Shown piece by piece: positions 1 through 9,863 of a stretch of DNA of 64,000 nt. The stretch is taken from positions 1 through 64,000 of IMG/VR virus record IMGVR_UViG_3300006139_000004; one strand, given 5' to 3'. The notes under the pieces were generated by a model. It searched no databases, was not told the origin of the DNA, and saw nothing but the letters and a program-made list of their open reading frames with translations. The DNA is from a virus (Duplodnaviria > Caudoviricetes). How positions within the stretch are numbered: position 1 is the first letter of the stretch; each line of letters starts with the position of its first letter. The position numbers and the translations under genes are program-made.

Positions 1-87
1 TGGTGCTGGTAGTGGGACTTGAACCCACACGGTATTGCTACCAACAGATTTTGAGTCTGCCACGTCTGCCAATTCCATCATACCAGC
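1..87 (-). tRNA. tRNA-Leu(CAA)
   Basis: Reverse complement gives a class II cloverleaf, anticodon loop CTCAAAA, GTTCAAGTC T-loop, encoded CCA. Confidence 0.93.
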
Positions 88-130
88 ATCTTGGATTAAA
101 GTCTCGCATTTCAGGCAGCGAAACACCTAA

Positions 131-206
131 TGGTACGCCAGATGGGGCTTGAACCCACGACTCACGGCTTAAAAGGCCGTTACTCTACCAACTGAGTTAC
201 TGGCGT
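131..206 (-). tRNA. tRNA-Lys(TTT)
   Basis: Cloverleaf, anticodon loop CTTTTAA, CCA end. Confidence 0.93.
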
Positions 207-211
207 ATATC

Positions 212-287
212 TGGTGGAGCCACGGGGACTCGAACCCCGGACTTCCTGCTTGCAAAGCAGACACTCTACCAACTGAGTTATGACCCC
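212..287 (-). tRNA. tRNA-Ala(TGC)
   Basis: Cloverleaf, G3-U70 pair, loop TTTGCAA, CCA end. Confidence 0.93.
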
Positions 288-292
288 ATAAA

Positions 293-370
293 TCAAGTAT
301 TAAGTAAAGCGGCGTTTCCTTATTTAAGTCTGACTAACTGCCGTAAAAAATCCAGACCCTTAATACTTGA
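293..370 (-). ncRNA. Candidate small pseudoknot RNA 1
   Basis: 12-bp terminal stem TCAAGTATTAAG/CTTAATACTTGA enclosing crossed stems GGTCTGG/TCAGACT and CGGC/GCCG. Confidence 0.5.
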
Positions 371-371
371 G

Positions 372-447
372 TGGAGCTGCTGAAGGGACTCGAACCCCCA
401 ACCTACGCATTACAAGTGCGTTGCACTACCTATTGTGCTACAGCAGC
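372..447 (-). tRNA. tRNA-Thr(TGT)
   Basis: Cloverleaf, loop CTTGTAA, CCA end. Confidence 0.92.
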
Positions 448-657
448 ATATAGCATAGTATTTAGTCATTCATGTGGTCTAACTAAACTCCTGATGTTTG
501 ACAACCGAATCGAACGGTACTTTAACCACACCACACCCACCCCAAGAATTACATCAGATTTTAAACTACGCTACATTTAATTGGCACTATATAGTTCCCA
601 CACCGCTCTCCCGTTCTATTGCAAATTTCGGTGGGAGGCTGGTTGATCATACCATAC

Positions 658-734
658 TGGTTGCGGGGACTGGACTCGAACCAGTGATTTCCAACTTATG
701 AGGATGGCGAGATGACCAACTTCTCTACCCCGCA
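658..734 (-). tRNA. tRNA-Met(CAT), initiator-like body
   Basis: GCGGGG acceptor, loop CTCATAA, ACCA end; anticodon stem has a mismatch. Confidence 0.85.
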
Positions 735-740
735 GTATTT

Positions 741-809
741 AGCAGATGGTGGTTTATTGCTACATGATTAGATACCACAAAACTTTCATGTCCTATATAT
801 CCATCTGCT
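741..809 (-). ncRNA. Candidate small pseudoknot RNA 2
   Basis: Terminal stem AGCAGATGG/CCATCTGCT enclosing crossed stems ACATGA/TCATGT and GTGGT/ACCAC. Confidence 0.5.
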
Positions 810-821
810 CTATATCAACAC

Positions 822-1571
822 CTATCCAATCAACCTTAATAGTATCTTGGCGTGTGTAGGATCATTCAATGTAAATCCAAAATCTTCATAAACTCTATCT
901 CGCAAAAATGGTAATGTATAATGTTCATAAAACACGATTTCGTACTGGCGAGGAATTTTGCTTAGAAATTCTTCAATACTATGAGGAAAATAGTTTTCAC
1001 GAACTTCTCTATCCCAATTCTCAACATACCGATATGTCAGTAAGTAATGTAAAAAATCTTTATTGTTTACCAACAGGCCATTATACGCCTCAAACTCTGA
1101 TACTTTATTTGGGTTTTCATGCTGAAGAACCTTTGCTAACTGGATAGAATTTGTCGGATGACAGGAACGCTTGGAATAAAACATATCACGAATTGCAATA
1201 TATGTAGCACCACTATTAAAAATATTTCCATAATCCCATTCAATGTCAGATGAATACGCATGAATTTCATGAAATACAGACGAAGCATTAAGAATAGTAT
1301 TATGCAAATCTGATTTTGGATTAGTTGACAGATAATCAGCATTAGGAACATTCTGTTTGGCAATATCAATCATTTCCTGACTAATATCATATCCAATCAA
1401 TTTCATGCTTGGACAAATTTCTCCAACTATCTTCAACAATGATCCATCTGCACATCCATAATCATAAATTGTATCAATGCCGCCATCAATTTTGTCCAAG
1501 AACCAAATCTTATCCAACATACTCTTTCTCATTCCGTCATTATAAACATTCATATTTGCAATCGGAGTCAT
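822..1571 (-). CDS. Class I SAM-dependent methyltransferase
   Basis: YDYGCADG motif I, GYDIS motif II, SSVFHE. Confidence 0.8.
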   Translation of the reverse strand: MTPIANMNVYNDGMRKSMLDKIWFLDKIDGGIDTIYDYGCADGSLLKIVGEICPSMKLIGYDISQEMIDIAKQNVPNADYLSTNPKSDLHNTILNASSVFHEIHAYSSDIEWDYGNIFNSGATYIAIRDMFYSKRSCHPTNSIQLAKVLQHENPNKVSEFEAYNGLLVNNKDFLHYLLTYRYVENWDREVRENYFPHSIEEFLSKIPRQYEIVFYEHYTLPFLRDRVYEDFGFTLNDPTHAKILLRLIG

Positions 1572-1754
1572 TCTACATCTACCTTTTATTTTGTTTTACG
1601 CCGTACAGTTTCTCTCTGCATTAACCGACACGGCATCACATCGGAATGATATTACATTTTAGTGTCTATCCACAGTCATAAGGCTTAACGATAACCCATA
1701 CGGCACATCTCAAGTTTAGCTGACCCAACTGAACATTTGCTCTCAAAACGGCTC

Positions 1755-1829
1755 TGGTGACGCATACGGGAGTCGAACCCGTGTTACTGCCGTGAAAGGG
1801 CGGTGTCTTAACCACTTGACCAATGCGCC
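1755..1829 (-). tRNA. tRNA-Glu(TTC)
   Basis: Cloverleaf, loop CTTTCAC, CCA end. Confidence 0.93.
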
Positions 1830-1891
1830 ATTTGTATTTGTTGTTATTAGGCGTTTTCTTTTGTCAGGTCTTTGTCCTCCTGACATTATCT

Positions 1892-1920
1892 ATTATAGTT
1901 GTATTTATTGTTATTATCAA
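1892..1920 (-). promoter_or_regulatory. Sigma-A promoter for the tRNA cluster with the 16-bp repeat element in its spacer
   Basis: TTGATA-17 bp (ATAACAATAAATACAAC)-TATAAT on minus strand. Confidence 0.8.
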
Positions 1921-1950
1921 GGGCTTTTTGAAAATTTCTCAAAAATTTTT

Positions 1951-2025
1951 TGGTGGGGAAAGAAGGACTCGAACCATCTCCCTTTGGGCTTCAACCAAAT
2001 GCTCTACTCGTTAAGCTATCTCCCC
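1951..2025 (-). tRNA. tRNA-Phe(GAA)
   Basis: Cloverleaf, stem TTTGG/CCAAA, loop TTGAAGC, CCA end. Confidence 0.85.
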
Positions 2026-2058
2026 GTATCGGAGGGAGGTTGTTGGCCTCCCATCCCA

Positions 2059-2328
2059 TCATAAACAATCTGTAAGTGCCGTACCCGGACGAATCTCAAT
2101 ACACTCCTGTTCAGGAATAACAATAGGCTGCTTATTCTTAAAGTCATACGCCGAATGTCTATTCTTCATCTTACGTTCAATTTTCATAAACTTATGTAAA
2201 GAAACAGAATCTCCCCGGCTAACAGCAGCCACAATAGAATCCTCATATGCAGCCACTACCTCAGATATATCCTTTTTTGTTTTTCCTGTACGTACAGCAA
2301 TATCAGCAATCAAGTCATTTCTATTCAT
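2059..2328 (-). CDS. hup: HU family DNA-binding protein
   Basis: MNRNDLIADIA...GDSVSL...IRPGTAL, HU/IHF pattern, ~89 aa. Confidence 0.8.
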   Translation of the reverse strand: MNRNDLIADIAVRTGKTKKDISEVVAAYEDSIVAAVSRGDSVSLHKFMKIERKMKNRHSAYDFKNKQPIVIPEQECIEIRPGTALTDCL

Positions 2329-2336
2329 AGCACACC

Positions 2337-3533
2337 TCATAATTTGATTGCATATTCTATGGTCTTACCCTTTTCTGCTTCCAATACAAGGAATGTTGCA
2401 CCAGCGTTTGACGTTCTATGAATAGATATGGAATAATCATCAACCCCAATAATGCTTGGTACATTGACCACTTCTTTGTTAATGCCTACTGTCTCGCTAC
2501 AAACGTGATGTTTATGTCCAGCGATCAAAAAATCTAATTGGACATTATAAATATGAGAAAAGTCTTTGATAGCCTGTTCCATATTCTTTACTTCGCCATG
2601 AATACCCATCACATTAAACCCAACAATATTTGAATAAATATATCCAGTAGGATTTTTGACAAAAGTAAAGTTAGGATTGTTAGCAAGACGAGTGCTGATC
2701 ATAGCGTCTACTACAAGACCCATATTCTCTTTTGTAAACGTACCCTTTGGCTGTCCAAGCATACGAAGTTCAGTATGATTTCCGTTAGTCATCTGAAACT
2801 CAACTTCAACATACTTTGTCAACTCATTCAACCAATTAGTAATAAAATCAGCATAACGAACTGTCCCCTCAACAACTCCATATCTAAGTTGCATCAGTTG
2901 CTTGACTCTCAATAAGCCATCCTCAAAATCTCCCATTGAATATACATATATCTTTGAAAATCCTTCTTTTCGTACAATGCCAACGACTTGCTCAAGCAAA
3001 TTCCACATCCTACTTTCAAAGATTTCTGGACTATAGGCATTAATTATCTCATTACCCAACCCCCGAATTTCAAACTCAGTTCCATAATGTTCATCGCCGA
3101 ACACAAGAATACCAGCCCGATCAGACGGCTCTGCATGAATTGCCTCTGGTATACTCAATGGCTTCAACTCATTGATTGCCTGACAAATATGCTCAACAAT
3201 CAATTCATCACGTGCGTTTTCACGCAACCAACGATTTAATTCCAACTTCTCAGTTTGGAGTTTTGTACGCTCCTTTTTCAACTCTCGAAGCTGGTTAGTA
3301 ACTTTTGATGTAGCGGTCGTAGAACTCTCTTCAGGATTTTTAATCCAACCAGCTTGCAAATACTCATAAAATAATTTTGAGCCTTTGCGAATTGTATCAC
3401 GGTGTTCATTCTCACCCGTGTACTCAGAGCGTAAATCGGCTATATCCTGCCATTCAATAGCAGGATCATCCAAACGAGCAAGGAGTAAATCAAACTGTCG
3501 GCTTAAAAATTCTGCCTGTTCTATGTCTACCAC
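2337..3533 (-). CDS. Calcineurin-like metallophosphoesterase with N-terminal coiled coil
   Basis: GDEHYG, GD, GNH, IHG, GHKH motifs. Confidence 0.8.
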   Translation of the reverse strand: MVDIEQAEFLSRQFDLLLARLDDPAIEWQDIADLRSEYTGENEHRDTIRKGSKLFYEYLQAGWIKNPEESSTTATSKVTNQLRELKKERTKLQTEKLELNRWLRENARDELIVEHICQAINELKPLSIPEAIHAEPSDRAGILVFGDEHYGTEFEIRGLGNEIINAYSPEIFESRMWNLLEQVVGIVRKEGFSKIYVYSMGDFEDGLLRVKQLMQLRYGVVEGTVRYADFITNWLNELTKYVEVEFQMTNGNHTELRMLGQPKGTFTKENMGLVVDAMISTRLANNPNFTFVKNPTGYIYSNIVGFNVMGIHGEVKNMEQAIKDFSHIYNVQLDFLIAGHKHHVCSETVGINKEVVNVPSIIGVDDYSISIHRTSNAGATFLVLEAEKGKTIEYAIKL

Positions 3534-3564
3534 TCCCTTCTGGATGATTTTTCATCCAAAATAT

Positions 3565-3747
3565 TTACTCTGTATCTTCAGACTCCTTGCCTTTAGAATC
3601 TGCGTCCGGGGCATAATCGGCACAGTCCTCCATAGTCAAGGTAATCAAAAGGTCTTTCTTTGCACTATCATGAAACTTCATAAGAGGCTTTAACTTCTCA
3701 CAAACAAGATAGTGGTCACAATTATCACAAATAAAGTTCTTAATCAT
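3565..3747 (-). CDS. Small Cys-containing hypothetical protein
   Basis: RBS GAGGT, CxxC motif, in operon. Confidence 0.6.
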   Translation of the reverse strand: MIKNFICDNCDHYLVCEKLKPLMKFHDSAKKDLLITLTMEDCADYAPDADSKGKESEDTE

Positions 3748-3785
3748 ATCAGCATACCTCTTTCATAATTGTATTTATGGTTATA

Positions 3786-4625
3786 TCAATCAAGTAAATC
3801 TGCCATTGCAGCAGTTTCACTTCGCTCTGTCTTAACCAATTTGACAAAGCCGAATTTCGGATGGCCTTTAAGACGGTCAACAGCAATCATAAGCCCATTA
3901 TTTTCTGTAAATACCTTATGATCTGTCTGTTTATAATCACCATTAAGCCATAGTGCAGAACCTTCGCCCACACGACCAAGAAGCAGTTGAACGTGTTCCT
4001 TAGTCATATTTTCTGCCTCGCTGCACATAATAATGGTATTCTTTATGTCACGGCCTCGAATGAATCCCAAATGCTCTACCTCAATCTGCTGGTTGCTAAT
4101 CAATCTCTCTAATCCATCTCTACCACCAACATGATCTGCAAGAGGCATAGCAAAAGGAAGTAACTTATCAAAAGCATCTCCGGGTAAAAATCCAAGAGGC
4201 TTAGAGTTCTTAACCTCTACATTATTCCGAACCCACATAATCTTATCAAACTTACCTTGCATTACCAAATCCAATGCAACAGATGACATAAGATAATCTT
4301 TGCCAGTTCCAAACTTGCCAACAAGAATTTTCACTGTAATATCTTGATTGTATAGCATATCAATAGCCAACCGCTGTTGCGGATTTCTTGGCCTAACATT
4401 GCCAGTATAATCATTCTTGATCACCTTATATCCAACCAGAGCATACTTTGTTCCATCCCAGCGGTAGAAATCTTTCGCAACTCCATCTGTGTCATAAACA
4501 ATAATATGTTCATTTTGGCGGCAACCAAAAATATTATTGGTTAAATCACTATAAAAAGTAGGCAACCGTTCATCATCAGAAGTTATCTCCTGAAATCCAC
4601 GGTATTCATCCATATAATCAACCAC
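3786..4625 (-). CDS. phoH: PhoH-like ATPase
   Basis: PRNPQQ, GKFGTGK Walker A, GFLPG, IRGR, GDYKQTD. Confidence 0.88.
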   Translation of the reverse strand: MVDYMDEYRGFQEITSDDERLPTFYSDLTNNIFGCRQNEHIIVYDTDGVAKDFYRWDGTKYALVGYKVIKNDYTGNVRPRNPQQRLAIDMLYNQDITVKILVGKFGTGKDYLMSSVALDLVMQGKFDKIMWVRNNVEVKNSKPLGFLPGDAFDKLLPFAMPLADHVGGRDGLERLISNQQIEVEHLGFIRGRDIKNTIIMCSEAENMTKEHVQLLLGRVGEGSALWLNGDYKQTDHKVFTENNGLMIAVDRLKGHPKFGFVKLVKTERSETAAMADLLD

Positions 4626-4627
4626 CC

Positions 4628-5263
4628 TTACACAATATCGTCAAGCGAACAATCCTCTCCGATGATATAATCACAAAAGCCCTTCTCTTTAGCTTCATCA
4701 GCAAAAAGATACCACTCAACACGCAACTTGCTATCATATTCATCAGAAGTAATTTTACTGCGAGAAAGCACATACTCTTTAATTCGTTGCTCAATTCGCT
4801 TATTAAACTCCATCTGATCCTGTGCCTTTGCACCAGAATTGACAACAAAATTTGTACCATCGTGCATAAGGAACTTAGCTGTCTTAGAAGCATAACGCTT
4901 GTGTCCAGCGAGGCCAATCAAGAATCCCATAGAATACTGATAGCCAAGATTGATTGTATAAACAGGTGTCTTACTCTCAAGAATCACATCCACCAGTTCA
5001 AATCCCGGATCAATCGAACCTCCATTAGACGATACATACAGTAAAATTGGTTTGCGTTCTTCCACAGGAATATCCTTATCATCCGCATTATATTGTAAAA
5101 TATGGCGAACAATCGAATCAATAATGCACTCGTCAATGTCATCAGATAAGTACAATTTCCTACTACGTAAATTACGCAGATAGAAAACTTCATCGACCCC
5201 CCAATTTTTGGCGATTACACCATCATCCACATCAAAGTCAAAGTCGTAAAATCCCTTAGTCAT
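4628..5263 (-). CDS. clpP: ClpP-like protease subunit
   Basis: SNGGS, YSMG catalytic Ser, LMH, EAKEKGFCD; RBS GGAGG before ATG at 5263. Confidence 0.85.
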   Translation of the reverse strand: MTKGFYDFDFDVDDGVIAKNWGVDEVFYLRNLRSRKLYLSDDIDECIIDSIVRHILQYNADDKDIPVEERKPILLYVSSNGGSIDPGFELVDVILESKTPVYTINLGYQYSMGFLIGLAGHKRYASKTAKFLMHDGTNFVVNSGAKAQDQMEFNKRIEQRIKEYVLSRSKITSDEYDSKLRVEWYLFADEAKEKGFCDYIIGEDCSLDDIV

Positions 5264-5276
5264 ATTGTCCCTCCAA

Positions 5277-5495
5277 TCAATGACGATATTTGCGCTTGCG
5301 TTCACGCTCTTTATCAATCTGCTCACAAATAGAAGCAGCACGTGCATTAGAATCCATGATCAGACGCAGATATTTTTCTGCTTCTGGCAGATAATAATGA
5401 TGACGCTTACTTTTCTGAACACAAGTACGGACAATCTCTGCCCTTGGGTACACTTCACGCACCCGCTGCGACTCAGGTTTTGTAATAGGAATCAA
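5277..5495 (-). CDS. Hypothetical protein
   Basis: 72-aa ORF with RBS, co-oriented. Confidence 0.6.
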   Translation of the reverse strand: MIPITKPESQRVREVYPRAEIVRTCVQKSKRHHYYLPEAEKYLRLIMDSNARAASICEQIDKERERKRKYRH

Positions 5496-5661
5496 TTTTC
5501 TCAGTCCTTTTCATATAAATTTGAGGATTTAAGAAAGTGCTGTAATACAGTCATTTTCGTTCTTATCCCTTCTGCACACTTAGTAGAAATCAAAAACCTC
5601 TATAATACAGCACTTTCTAAGGGTTTGCAAAAGTATTTTATGGACTTCAAACTCCACAAAA

Positions 5662-8600
5662 TCAAAATCCGCTAATTCTATCCTTGTATTCAATTATCTT
5701 ACGATATATCTCAATCCTTTTTGACTTTGAAATATTCAAGTTTCCATTTATAAATGAACTAAAATGTCTCGGAACATAATTTACATGATTTGCAAACCAA
5801 GCAACTTGCAATCCATATTCATCAAGAAAGTCTTTAACGTACTTTCTGAAATTATCTTGATCATCATAAGGCATGGACGCTAACTCCTTTCTGAATGTAT
5901 AGTCATAAATCTGAATTTCCCCATTCTTACACTCACTCAAAAGAGGAATTGGTGTACTACTATCCTGAAGAACATTATATACGCTACGCTTCATTCGATA
6001 GTTTTCTCCATCCATCATGAGCAAAAACAAATGTCGTTCTATATCGCTATAGTCCTCTTCAAGATGAAAGAGAATATGATGAATAGTCTTATCTGAAATT
6101 GCAATCTGCTGAACATCTGCAATCCACTTATTTCTTAAATCAATAGTACGTTCTCTTTTTTCCTTACTTGAATAATTTTCATCACCCCAAACGCCTTTCG
6201 TATCTTCACGAAGTTGTCTTGCGCTATCTACGATCCTTGTTTCTTGCAACTTGCTATACTTTCCATCCACTTCACTTTCATCTACCAGAATATAAGACAT
6301 TAATTTCTTGCGCTTTCTTGGCATCTTAAACTTGTTAATACAAGATTCTAAATAATCCATGCTTGTTGCGTACTTTACATATGACATTCTTCCACGTTCA
6401 ACACAAATACTCTCATCATTCTCTTTAATTGCTCTAACTTCTTTATAACTTCCAACTACACACTTTTTGACAAATTCATCATCTTCTTCACGATATATGT
6501 AATAATCATCCCGATACCCTTTGTATCCATCAATATATTTAAAGAACATTGGTCTGACGTGTCTATTCTTATTATCTCTTACATCGTACTTTTTCTTTAA
6601 ACACTGTAACTCGAACGTATTGTCTGCCGGATTTTCTCTTTTTGCTGAATCAATTTCCAGATTGCTCATAACATCTAACTGAGCAATATCACAATACAAA
6701 CTCATTACGGACTCAATACTTGCTCCATTATGCAATCTATCCCACAAAATAGAATTCAACTCTTGTGAAAGATTAATAATCTCACCAATTTTATTTACAC
6801 TTGTTTTAATATCCAAATCAGCTTTTTCCGCATCTGTATACTTTCGCTTATGGGCTTCTCCCTCTACCAATTTAGTAGGAACGGGGAAGTTATCGTAATT
6901 TCGCTTCGCTGCCTTAATTAAAATTTGATTATCTGATAGCAACATAGTATCGCTGTCAAAATCTGCACCTGACAATCGTTCCAGTATATTTTCTTCAATA
7001 CTGTTCAAATATACAATCTCATTTGTGGGATTCATGTAACGTATGATCTCATCACGTAATACATTTTTGGTTAAAAGAACATTACCCATTGTTACGTGTG
7101 GGCTTCTACACCCAAGCAGTTCTACCCCATCATTAAAACGAACTGAATGAACTGTTTTCTTTTCAATAACAGAAGTTCCATCAAACGTACCAATCGCTTG
7201 TTTTAACATCTCAATAGGATTACCACATAATGTACTATAGTTTCCTTGAATGAGAATATGTCCACATCTTAAATTCTTAATAAAGGCTTTGATTAAATCA
7301 TTACAAAACTCGACATACATTTTAGTTTTTGTAAATTTATCAGTAATACCAAGCATTGTATAGATTACATCATTCTTTGAAGCCATGCTTTCAGTATAAT
7401 GAATCTGATCAGGAGAACGATACGCATAGCTAATTTGAAATCTAAGAGCAGCAGGATCAGTTTTAATTAATCTTGCAAAATCCAGAGATGGTTTAACCAG
7501 TGCTTCAACTTCCTCATATGTCATCTGGAGCGTATTCAACAACTGATAATGTGTCTGTACCATCCTACCATTAAAAAAGTGTGTCGGCTTTTCATATTTT
7601 ACAACACCAAACGTAGGCTCCAAAATATCTAACCACTCATCTAATGTTCCAAATTTGACATACTTTATAGAACTTGGGGTAGTGATCAGTTTAATATCCT
7701 CAATTTGTGTTGCCCTTGTCTTTCCATTTAGCTGACTTACATTAGTAATCCCGTTATCAGCAAACCATTTTTGAATGTTAGAGTTAAAACAGCACGACTT
7801 AAAAAATCTACTACGCAACAAGAGCATACCATGTTCTCTGGCCTCTGGCATATTCTGCCGCTGGCGTTCTTGAAACTTCAAGAACACACTCCGATCCATC
7901 AACGATTGTCCATCCCAAATGCTGTTTGAAATCTCAACATCTTCAATGTTGGTTACAAGCCTTCCATCAACAAAACGAGTAGCAGCAGCTTTATCATGGA
8001 ATACACTCTTGTAATCATCGACCACCAAAATGTTTTCTGGACGAAGTTGAATTGTATCTACAATACTACTCAGCGTGAGTGCAATATAAGGCTCCAGCGC
8101 AGCCAGATCAATGTCTTGTCCCTCTTTCACCTTAATTCCACACATTTCCCACTTGTGCATTTTAGGATACAACCGCTCATCTATAAACAGACATTTACCA
8201 ACACGACTCGATCCGGCGCTGCGCTTAAATCTCACATACTTAATACCGTCACAGTAAAATCCGTTTTTGTACAATTCTTCTCGAATATTCGCAACACTGT
8301 TAATTGTCTGAATATTGCTGTTGGCCTTATATGTTTTACCATCAAATTGAAACGCTGTACCATACACACTTTCTGGAATAGCATTTTCTACAGGGGAACC
8401 AACCTCAACTCCTGCCAACTCTCCATCTGCAAAAGCCACACAATCATGGAATACTAAATCATCATAAGTATACTTATGTAAAATGTAAAATGTCTTATCG
8501 CCTTTTTGAACCTTGTTATATTGTTTATTGCTATACTTAAATGTCACATTAATGACCCTGTAAGTATAATCTTTTTTGTTTTGGTAGAACGAAAATTGTT

Positions 8601-8820
8601 CACTCGGACATATCTGAGCAAACACTTCTTGCATCTTAATAAGATCAAGGCTGTAATCTAATGTGTTGATAAACCGTCCAAGATTCAAAACTCCTGCTTG
8701 GCTTCTGAGCCTATATCCGATTGGCTTTCCATTTTCGTTGATCTTTTGATTAACACAATTATTCGATACAAAAATGTCCTTTCCATCAAGGGACGGTATT
8801 CTCACCCCATTCTCAAGCAT
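5662..8820 (-). CDS. YonO-like single-subunit DNA-dependent RNA polymerase (double-psi barrel)
   Basis: RSAGSSRVGKC, DGQSL, RSPH, catalytic GADFDSD, IDSAK motifs; 1052 aa. Confidence 0.85.
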   Translation of the reverse strand: MLENGVRIPSLDGKDIFVSNNCVNQKINENGKPIGYRLRSQAGVLNLGRFINTLDYSLDLIKMQEVFAQICPSEQFSFYQNKKDYTYRVINVTFKYSNKQYNKVQKGDKTFYILHKYTYDDLVFHDCVAFADGELAGVEVGSPVENAIPESVYGTAFQFDGKTYKANSNIQTINSVANIREELYKNGFYCDGIKYVRFKRSAGSSRVGKCLFIDERLYPKMHKWEMCGIKVKEGQDIDLAALEPYIALTLSSIVDTIQLRPENILVVDDYKSVFHDKAAATRFVDGRLVTNIEDVEISNSIWDGQSLMDRSVFLKFQERQRQNMPEAREHGMLLLRSRFFKSCCFNSNIQKWFADNGITNVSQLNGKTRATQIEDIKLITTPSSIKYVKFGTLDEWLDILEPTFGVVKYEKPTHFFNGRMVQTHYQLLNTLQMTYEEVEALVKPSLDFARLIKTDPAALRFQISYAYRSPDQIHYTESMASKNDVIYTMLGITDKFTKTKMYVEFCNDLIKAFIKNLRCGHILIQGNYSTLCGNPIEMLKQAIGTFDGTSVIEKKTVHSVRFNDGVELLGCRSPHVTMGNVLLTKNVLRDEIIRYMNPTNEIVYLNSIEENILERLSGADFDSDTMLLSDNQILIKAAKRNYDNFPVPTKLVEGEAHKRKYTDAEKADLDIKTSVNKIGEIINLSQELNSILWDRLHNGASIESVMSLYCDIAQLDVMSNLEIDSAKRENPADNTFELQCLKKKYDVRDNKNRHVRPMFFKYIDGYKGYRDDYYIYREEDDEFVKKCVVGSYKEVRAIKENDESICVERGRMSYVKYATSMDYLESCINKFKMPRKRKKLMSYILVDESEVDGKYSKLQETRIVDSARQLREDTKGVWGDENYSSKEKRERTIDLRNKWIADVQQIAISDKTIHHILFHLEEDYSDIERHLFLLMMDGENYRMKRSVYNVLQDSSTPIPLLSECKNGEIQIYDYTFRKELASMPYDDQDNFRKYVKDFLDEYGLQVAWFANHVNYVPRHFSSFINGNLNISKSKRIEIYRKIIEYKDRISGF

Positions 8821-8833
8821 TTAATCACTCCAT

Positions 8834-9193
8834 TCAAAACAATAACTTCTCGCCTTTTGGCTGTTCAGGATAAAAGAACTCAGCAGTATTAGGTAACTGG
8901 CTCAAAAACTCATCTGGTATTTTACCCTGATACCAAAGATTGTTAGTAGTTATCTCTCTCCCATCAAAGAACCTAATCCAAAATCGTCTGCCAGAATGTC
9001 CAAGAAAATCATAATAGTTTGGATTATCTACATTTCCACCATCACGATAACATTCACCATTAATTATAATGTGTTGTTCTTTCTCGGCAACAATTTCATT
9101 CCAAAAATTCTTATAAAAACACGTTCCACTACATAACACAGCATTTGAATATTGACTCTTTTCTATTTCCTTACCGCATATCACACATTTCAC
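8834..9193 (-). CDS. Hypothetical protein with N-terminal Zn finger
   Basis: CxxC...CSGTC. Confidence 0.65.
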   Translation of the reverse strand: MKCVICGKEIEKSQYSNAVLCSGTCFYKNFWNEIVAEKEQHIIINGECYRDGGNVDNPNYYDFLGHSGRRFWIRFFDGREITTNNLWYQGKIPDEFLSQLPNTAEFFYPEQPKGEKLLF

Positions 9194-9836
9194 TCAATCG
9201 CCCCTTTCATTTTCACAAATATCAACAATATGATCACACAACCTATCAGGAATAATAGAACGTTCAATGTGTCCTTTTAAGCCCTGTGTTCCTGTTTTTG
9301 CTCCACGTGGAGCAGCTACATGACATGGATCGCCATTATGACATGGCGGTTTAAAACGAGGGTTAGGATGATTAGTAAAAATATCTGTAGGCTTCATTCG
9401 TGTATCTCCATACTGACAATATGTAAGCGTATATCGAGGCAAGTCTTTCATAAATCTCATTTTACGAAGTCCTCCACGTGGATTCTCAATAAACCAATAC
9501 TTAGGATTAAGTTCATGAATTAATTTCAATACGTGTTGATTAACATTATCACAAAACTTAGCATACTCCGAAACAGGTGCTAAATTTCCATCATCCTCTT
9601 TACGCCTATGATGAGATATAGCAGCAATGCTATATGTCGTACAATCTGGAGAAGCCCAAATTACATCAGGTCTACCAAAATTCTTCAAAATATCATCAGC
9701 GGTTATTGTACCAATATCAGCATACAAGTCGATATTCTCAAATCTTTTATCCCACTCTATACTAAAAACCTCATGCCCCCCGCTCAAAGGCTTTCCCGAT
9801 TGAACGTGTTCCAGCAAACAATTCTAATACCTTCAT
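9194..9836 (-). pseudogene. DNA cytosine methyltransferase, frameshifted at a G6 tract (9776-9781)
   Basis: ATG at 9836 gives MKVLELFAGTRSIGKAFERGA*; motifs WASPDC and IENP continue in another frame. Confidence 0.8.
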
Positions 9837-9863
9837 ATTTCCTCCCTATAATTGTATTTCTTG

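Noticed and set aside
371-701. Plus-strand ORFs 371-580 and 498-701
   Set aside because: They are antisense translations of tRNA genes
822-1571. Hen1 partner of Pnkp
   Set aside because: Generic class I motifs only, no EVIEH-type motif, and not linked to the Pnkp gene
1792-2064. Plus-strand ORFs over 1792-2064
   Set aside because: They overlap minus-strand tRNAs and a promoter
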